Positions 31,676 through 37,185 of a DNA stretch of 37,185 nt are shown here, one piece after another. The translations under genes were made by a program, and so were the position numbers. Each line of letters begins with the position of its first letter. Position 1 is the stretch's first letter. The DNA is from a virus (Duplodnaviria > Caudoviricetes): positions 1-37,185 of IMG/VR virus record IMGVR_UViG_3300031949_000103. The stretch is one strand, 5' to 3'. Under the pieces are notes generated by a model. It had not been told where the DNA came from and ran no database searches. It saw only the letters and a list, made by a program, of their open reading frames with translations.

Positions 31676-31984
31676 TTACTTGGCTACGACGTGGACGACG
31701 ACCTGCGCGCCGTCGCCGGTGAGGGTGCGGGCGACGACCCGCAGATAGCGGACGACGGGGCTCTTCGCGGTACCACCGGAGCCGACCATCGGCGCCCGCA
31801 GTGTGGCCTCCGCCAGGTCGGCCCAGTCCTGGCCGTTGACTGACCCCTGCAAGACGACCGTGGCCGTCTCGGTCCGAGCGTTCACGGCAATCTGCAGGCC
31901 GAACCGGTCGGTACCGGCGGCCGGCCGAGACGTCGACACGGACGCCTCGGCGGTCAGCGTGAAGTCGAAGTTGAAGACCGGCAT
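31676..31984 (-). CDS. capsid decoration-like beta-sandwich protein
   Basis: VVLQGSVNGQDW...RYLRV; follows the major capsid gene. Confidence 0.7.
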   Translation of the reverse strand: MPVFNFDFTLTAEASVSTSRPAAGTDRFGLQIAVNARTETATVVLQGSVNGQDWADLAEATLRAPMVGSGGTAKSPVVRYLRVVARTLTGDGAQVVVHVVAK

Positions 31985-31986
31985 TT

Positions 31987-33216
31987 CTACGCTTCACCCG
32001 TCAACGCCGAGTAGGCTGACGTGTTCTGCTGGGTGGCGTCGGCCCGCATCCACGCCGTGTACTCGATCTCCCGCTCGTTCGCCCGGTTCCACGGGTTCAC
32101 CACGACCTCGATCGACCGGACCTGCCGCAGGACGTAGCCCTCGGTGATGTCACCGAACGCGCCCCAGTTCACCGTGTTCGACGCGATGGAGATGTTCGGC
32201 ATGCCCTGGTCGATGACGTACGGGTAGTCCAGCAGCATCCCGTCCGACGCCGGGTCGCCGATGGTGGAGGTCATCGACCGCCACAGCGGGTCACCGTTGG
32301 AGTCCTTGATCTGCCGGATCGTCTTCAGGCTGGAGTCGTTGAAGACCCACTTGCCGTTGGGCCGGTAGTCCGGGTCAACGGAGTGGATGAACGTCAGCAG
32401 GTCGTCGTAGGTGATGCCGGCGGTGTCGTCGGCCGGCTCGATACCGGTCAGGCCGTACACCAGGCCGAGGGGCTGGGCGACGCCGCTGCCGTTCGCGAGG
32501 TGCGCGGCGAGGCCGCGGGCCAGACGCATACCCATCAGCCGGGCAAGCCGGGATTCCAGGTCGAACTGCTGGTCCTGGATCAGCTCACGGGGCAGCCGGA
32601 TCGGCACGGACGACGGGCCGCCGGTCTGGTAGGTGTACGCCCGCAGCTCCTTCTTACCGAAAACGAGCCCGGCCTGGTTCGCCGGGGCGGCGGACTCGGC
32701 GGTGACCTCGGCGACGTTCGACGTGTCATCGATCGTGGGCCACTCGATGGTGTTACCCGTGTCCGTGGGGAGCTGGTCGCAGACGTTCGCGATTCCACCG
32801 AACGCCTTCATCCGCTCGATGATCTTGTTCCGGAAACCGGGCGGCACCATGAATCCGCCCTCCGAGCCGACCGAGGAACCCTGCGCCATGTTCGGCTGCA
32901 GCTCCGTCAGGTCCGCGTTCGGGACACCGGTGCGGAGGAAAGCGGTGAACGCCTCCTCCAGGCCGTTGTCCGGGCGGGCCGGCGCGACTGTGCCGAGCGG
33001 TGCCACCGGAGCACCGGCGGGAGCGCCAGGGCCGGCGGCGGGCAGGTTGTAGGCGTTGTTCCGCGCCAGGACCTGGTTGGTGCGCTGGGTCGTGACCAGC
33101 TCCGCTTCGAGGGCCTCGTACTGGGTGACCTCCTCGTCGGTGAGGGTGCGTCCCTCGGCGGCGGCAAGCAGCGTGTTCATTGCCGCCTGGATCTCTGCGA
33201 TGGTCCGCATCGTCAT
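31987..33216 (-). CDS. major capsid protein (HK97 fold with delta domain)
   Basis: N-terminal coiled coil, EGGFMVP, GSG...PLG, KDSNGDPLW, AFGD, RAD. Confidence 0.95.
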   Translation of the reverse strand: MTMRTIAEIQAAMNTLLAAAEGRTLTDEEVTQYEALEAELVTTQRTNQVLARNNAYNLPAAGPGAPAGAPVAPLGTVAPARPDNGLEEAFTAFLRTGVPNADLTELQPNMAQGSSVGSEGGFMVPPGFRNKIIERMKAFGGIANVCDQLPTDTGNTIEWPTIDDTSNVAEVTAESAAPANQAGLVFGKKELRAYTYQTGGPSSVPIRLPRELIQDQQFDLESRLARLMGMRLARGLAAHLANGSGVAQPLGLVYGLTGIEPADDTAGITYDDLLTFIHSVDPDYRPNGKWVFNDSSLKTIRQIKDSNGDPLWRSMTSTIGDPASDGMLLDYPYVIDQGMPNISIASNTVNWGAFGDITEGYVLRQVRSIEVVVNPWNRANEREIEYTAWMRADATQQNTSAYSALTGEA

Positions 33217-33920
33217 CCTTTCCTGGAGTGAGCGCGGGCGCGTGCCCTGACGAGCTGGCTGGCGCGGTCCTCCGGCGGAGGCGGCGCGTCCTTGTCCTTG
33301 GTCTTGTTGCCGATGACCGTGTCGGCGAGGCCGGCCTCGACGGCCGCGGCGGCCGTGTACCAGGTGGTCTTGTCCATCGCCGCCAGCCAGGCATCGGCCG
33401 GGCCGCCGGCGCGGGCCTGGTGGATGTCCGCGATCGACGCGTCGAGGGATTCGAGGATGTCGGCGGTTTCCCGCAGGTCGTGCATGTTGCCGATCACCCC
33501 ACCGGATGAACGGTGGATCATCATGCGGGCCGCCTGCTCGACGGCGAGGTGATCGGCTGCCATCGCGACCAGCGCCGCCGCCGATGCGGCCACCCCGGTG
33601 ACTACCGCCTCAACCCGGGACGGGTGGCCCTTGAGCGCCGAGTAGATGTCGAGGCCATCCCACACGGCCCCGCCCGGGGAGTTGATCCGCAGGTCGATCG
33701 TGGGGGCGGTGATCTCGGCGAGCGCTCGCACCAGCTCGGATGCCGGGGTGTCCCAGCCGATCGTGTCGTACACGTACACCTGTGCCCGTTCTTCGGCCTG
33801 CCCGGTGATCCGGTACCAGCCCTGCACGGACTGGTTGGCTGGCCCGGACGCGTCCAGGTTGAGGATGCCCAGCGTTCGGGCCCGGTCGGCGAGCGCGGTC
33901 AGGTCAGGCAGCGAGCGCAT
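33213..33920 (-). CDS. ClpP-type head maturation protease
   Basis: RINSPGG, GVAASAA, MMIH, TWYTAAAAVEAGLAD. Confidence 0.92.
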   Translation of the reverse strand: MRSLPDLTALADRARTLGILNLDASGPANQSVQGWYRITGQAEERAQVYVYDTIGWDTPASELVRALAEITAPTIDLRINSPGGAVWDGLDIYSALKGHPSRVEAVVTGVAASAAALVAMAADHLAVEQAARMMIHRSSGGVIGNMHDLRETADILESLDASIADIHQARAGGPADAWLAAMDKTTWYTAAAAVEAGLADTVIGNKTKDKDAPPPPEDRASQLVRARARAHSRKG

Positions 33921-35166
33921 CAGCGGGCTCCTCAGTCGGTGCGGGGGCCGCGCCACGGGCGGTGTCCCCGCCGGGAAGCGGGGCAAGGTTACGGAGGGCA
34001 CGACCCTCGTTCGGGGTGATCAAACCCCCGGCGACCTGCTTCAAAATCAGGTCAATCTCAGTCTCGACGTTGGGACGTTCCAACCCCGCGAAGTCGAACT
34101 CGCACCACCGCTGGACACCCAACAACCTGGACAGCCGCTGCTCCACCCGGGACGTCCACGGAGACAGAGTGAACTTCCCCAAACCCCGGTTCTGCTCGTT
34201 CACGCCGGTACCCCACGACGTTTGCTTGTCCGTCTGCATCAGCAGGTGCGGCGGCACACCGAACCATCGGGCAACCTCCTCAATGGAGAACTGCCGCGAC
34301 TGCAGGAACTGCGCGTCAGCGGCGGACATGGTCCACGGGGTGAAGGTCAACTTCCGGTTCACCACGGCGATCGACCCGGCGTTCTCCCAGCCGAGCATGT
34401 GCCGGTTCAGCTCCTGCTTCGCCACGACCAGCTCATCGGGTTCGAGGTCCTCATCCGGGACCGCCAGGCCGGACATCAGCGCACCGTTGGAGAACATCCG
34501 GGCCGCGCCCCGCTCACCGGCAATCGCCGTCCCGAACGAGTTCCGGGCAATCGTCAGCGGCGACAGGCCCTTCAACCCGTCCGGGGACTGCGCCGAGACG
34601 TGCGTCAACGTCGTCGCGTCGTGCACGGTCTGCCGGCCCCAGATGTCAGTGACCCGGTACCACCTGTTCCCGACCGGCCACACCTTGTCCTCCGGCCGCG
34701 GCCAGAACACCTCAACGTGTAGGGGGTGCTGCGGCATCAGCGAGAACAGCCCACCGGCGCCGTTGTACACGTGCAGCAGGTAGGCGTTGCCATGCAAAAG
34801 CAGGTGAATCATGATGGTTTCGACCCATTCGAAACGGGTCAGGCCGGAGAAGCCGCCCTGCGGGTCGTCGAACACCGACGGCACCCGGTCCAGCCGGCCG
34901 CCCCGTTCCCGCAGGGTCCGCAGCGGCAGCTGCGCGATCGTCCCCGAGATCAGGCTCACGGCCCGGTACACCGCGGACAGGCCCATCGCCGACGTCTCGT
35001 CGACGTTGACACCGGAGTAGTTCCCGCCGCCGGCGCTGAGCATCGCCGCGATGATCGACGGCGGAATGTCCACGTTCGCCCGGGGTGCGAGCGCCGTCGC
35101 AACGGCCGGTTCGGGCGCGTCGGCAGGCGGAGCGTCCCGCTCGCTGCGCTGCCACGGCCACCTCAT
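33904..35166 (-). CDS. portal protein (HK97 family)
   Basis: AVYRAVSLIS..IAQLP, LLLHGNAY, GLSP, DAQFLQSR..EVARWFGVPP, TPNEGR. Confidence 0.95.
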   Translation of the reverse strand: MRWPWQRSERDAPPADAPEPAVATALAPRANVDIPPSIIAAMLSAGGGNYSGVNVDETSAMGLSAVYRAVSLISGTIAQLPLRTLRERGGRLDRVPSVFDDPQGGFSGLTRFEWVETIMIHLLLHGNAYLLHVYNGAGGLFSLMPQHPLHVEVFWPRPEDKVWPVGNRWYRVTDIWGRQTVHDATTLTHVSAQSPDGLKGLSPLTIARNSFGTAIAGERGAARMFSNGALMSGLAVPDEDLEPDELVVAKQELNRHMLGWENAGSIAVVNRKLTFTPWTMSAADAQFLQSRQFSIEEVARWFGVPPHLLMQTDKQTSWGTGVNEQNRGLGKFTLSPWTSRVEQRLSRLLGVQRWCEFDFAGLERPNVETEIDLILKQVAGGLITPNEGRALRNLAPLPGGDTARGAAPAPTEEPADALAA

Positions 35167-35215
35167 GGCGCGAGGATAGCCCATCGTAGGTACATTCGGA
35201 CGCTACCATCGGCCC
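35167..35215. promoter_or_regulatory. symmetric divergent leaderless promoters for portal and terS
   Basis: Plus: TACCAT-6-ATG (35216). Minus: TATCCT-6-ATG (35166). The two arms match at 13 of 17 positions. Confidence 0.65.
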
Positions 35216-35629
35216 ATGTCCGTACGTGATGCCGTAGACACGGCGCTCACCGCCGAGCCGGCCGCGGCCCGCGACGCCGCCACAGCCGAACTCGCTCGCA
35301 CGTACGCGTCGCTCATCGACCACGCCGCCCCCGCGGCGAAGTACACCAAGGCCCTCGCCTGGCTCGACCGGCTCCCCACCGACGACGAAGACGAAGACGC
35401 CGCCCGGCACGCCGACACGATCCGCGTCGCGCTCGCCGAACACACCGTCGCGTCCGACCTCGGCCCGAAACTCCTCGCCGCCCTCGACGCGCTCCTGCTC
35501 ACCCCCCGCGCCCGGGTCGCGATGAAGGGCGGCACCGATGGCAAGCCCGCAGCCAACCCGCTCGACGAGCTCGCAGCCGCTCGTGCTCGGCTCGGTCGTT
35601 CCGAGGCTGTGGACGCCACCGCTCCGTAA
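35216..35629 (+). CDS. terS: terminase small subunit (actinophage type)
   Basis: DAATAELARTYASLID...LGPKLLAALDALLLTPRAR...NPLDEL; precedes terL. Confidence 0.88.
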   Translation: MSVRDAVDTALTAEPAAARDAATAELARTYASLIDHAAPAAKYTKALAWLDRLPTDDEDEDAARHADTIRVALAEHTVASDLGPKLLAALDALLLTPRARVAMKGGTDGKPAANPLDELAAARARLGRSEAVDATAP

Positions 35630-37076
35630 CCTCGACGACCCGGCGTCGTCGTGGGGCTACGCCTTCATCGCCTTCTGCGCGCTGATCGGCTGGCCGCTCG
35701 ACCTGTGGCAGCGCTGGCTCGCGATCCACCTCGGCGAACTGTTCCCCGACGGGTCACCGCGCTACCGCAAGGCGATCATCCTGGTCGCCCGGCAGAACGG
35801 AAAGACCGTCTTCGCCCGGCTCCTGATCCTCTACTGGATGTTCATCGAACGCGTGCCCTACGTCCACGGCACCCACAAGGACCGCGGCGAAGCCAAGAAG
35901 AGCTGGCGCGACGTCATCGACATGGCCGAGAACGTGCCGCTACTCGCCGCCGCACTACCCGACGACCACGCCCGCCTCCAGATCAGCGAGGAAGACTTCT
36001 GGAACACCCACGGCTCGCACTACGGATTCTCCGCACCCAACCGCAAAGCAGGCCGCGGCAAGACCACCCACCGCGCCCTCGTCGACGAGCTGCTGGAGCA
36101 CAAGAACCGCGACTGCTGGAACGCGCTCATCCCCGGCATGAACGCGCTCGCCGACGCCCTGGCCGTCTGCATCACCAACGAAGGCGACACCTCGTCCATC
36201 GTGCTACACGAGGAATACGACGCCGCGCTGGAAGCCGCCGAGACCAGCGACCCGGACACGGACACGTTCCTCGCCGCATGGTCCGCGCCAGCCGGGGCCG
36301 ACCCCGAAGACCTCGGCGCGCTGGCAGCCGCCAATCCGAGCCTGAACCGGCCGCGGCCCAACGGGACCGGCCTGACCGAACGTGCCCTGCTCGGCGAAGC
36401 CAAGAAGGCCAAGCGCGCCGGCGGCCGCACGCTGGCCGAGTTCAAGATCGAAATGATGTGCATGCGCATCGACCAGCTCGACCCGGCCATCGACCCCGAC
36501 CTGTGGAAGAACGCCGGCACCGACACCCCGCTCGACCTCGCCGAGCACCGCCGCTCCCTCGCGCTGTGCTTCGACGTCAGCCTGGACGGCACGCACGCCA
36601 CCCTGATGGCCGCCGCCGTGGTCGATGGCCTGGTCCACCTCGAGGTGGTGAAACGGTGGCACGGGTTCGGCTGCACGGCCGCGCTCCGGGCCGAGCTGCC
36701 CGACCTGGTCCGCAAGCTCAAGCCGCGTGTCCTCGGCTGGTACCCGGGCGGCCCGGCCGCCGCCGTCACCACCGCGCTCGCCGAACGCCGCGGGCAGTGG
36801 CCGCCACGCCGGGTCACCGTCGAAGAGCTACGCGGCACCGAGGTCCCCGCGATCTGCATGGGCCTCGCCGACGCCGTCAAAGCCGACCAGGTCCGCCACC
36901 CGAAAGACCCGATGCTCGACCAGCACGTCACGCAGACACAGAAGCTGAGCCGCGGCGACCAGTGGGTGTTCGTCCGCCGCGGGAGCGGGCCGATCGACGG
37001 CACCTACGCCGCGGCCGGCGCGGTCCACCTGGCCCGGACACTGCCGCCACCACCACCGCCGCTCGCCGTGGCGTAG
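35538..37076 (+). CDS. terL: terminase large subunit
   Basis: PRLWTPP, LDLWQ, Walker A VARQNGKT, Walker B LVDE, ANPS, nuclease motifs FDVS and IDG. Confidence 0.95.
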   Translation: MASPQPTRSTSSQPLVLGSVVPRLWTPPLRNLDDPASSWGYAFIAFCALIGWPLDLWQRWLAIHLGELFPDGSPRYRKAIILVARQNGKTVFARLLILYWMFIERVPYVHGTHKDRGEAKKSWRDVIDMAENVPLLAAALPDDHARLQISEEDFWNTHGSHYGFSAPNRKAGRGKTTHRALVDELLEHKNRDCWNALIPGMNALADALAVCITNEGDTSSIVLHEEYDAALEAAETSDPDTDTFLAAWSAPAGADPEDLGALAAANPSLNRPRPNGTGLTERALLGEAKKAKRAGGRTLAEFKIEMMCMRIDQLDPAIDPDLWKNAGTDTPLDLAEHRRSLALCFDVSLDGTHATLMAAAVVDGLVHLEVVKRWHGFGCTAALRAELPDLVRKLKPRVLGWYPGGPAAAVTTALAERRGQWPPRRVTVEELRGTEVPAICMGLADAVKADQVRHPKDPMLDQHVTQTQKLSRGDQWVFVRRGSGPIDGTYAAAGAVHLARTLPPPPPPLAVA

Positions 37077-37083
37077 GGGCAAC

Positions 37084-37111
37084 GGCGGGACCCCCAGGGG
37101 CGACCCCGCCG
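37084..37111 (+). terminator. GC hairpin after terL
   Basis: GGCGGG-a-CCCC-ca-GGGG-cgac-CCCGCC. Confidence 0.35.
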
Positions 37112-37185
37112 CCCTATCCGCAACAGCACGGGCGCGACCCGCCTGTCCCGCGGCGACGGGCCCAGTTTCCCACAAACAAAACCAC

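Noticed and set aside
1-37185. Terminal direct or inverted repeats (linear plasmid or protein-primed genome)
   Set aside because: The ends share only GTG in inverted orientation; no extended repeat is visible.
35167-37185. Actively invertible terminase segment
   Set aside because: No inverted repeats flank the cassette beyond a 6-bp GGATAG match, and no intact invertase is encoded.

Overview
High-GC (roughly 70% by eye) temperate actinobacterial siphophage, probably Micromonosporaceae-like (host assignment is inference). The window looks like an essentially complete, non-integrated genome with no host genes. From left to right it holds: a tRNA-like structured RNA, an HNH gene and late-accessory genes; a candidate iteron origin and primase-helicase; a long, translationally coupled minus-strand early operon (RuvC-like resolvase, RecT, YqaJ exonuclease, ParB-domain protein, Cro); a central divergent immunity/integration cassette (repressor and a short tyrosine integrase); accessory genes; lysis genes; a compact tail and HK97-type head module on the minus strand; and terminase genes that, unusually, point away from the portal on the plus strand. 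The most notable oddities are: (1) the inverted terminase cassette, apparently driven by a 49-bp symmetric pair of leaderless promoters; (2) a tRNA-shaped RNA with a 39-nt insert in place of the anticodon loop; (3) a probable attP inside the repressor gene (integration-dependent immunity), next to a catalytically dead serine-resolvase-like mini-domain; (4) an antisense endonuclease VII inserted at the start of the tail terminator gene, apparently supplying a new SD and an AUU start; (5) an Acb2/Tad1-like candidate sponge in the tail operon; (6) a +1 rather than -1 tail-chaperone frameshift geometry; (7) a pseudoknot-like RNA in the head operon. All functional calls come from motif recognition by eye; no searches or folding programs were run.
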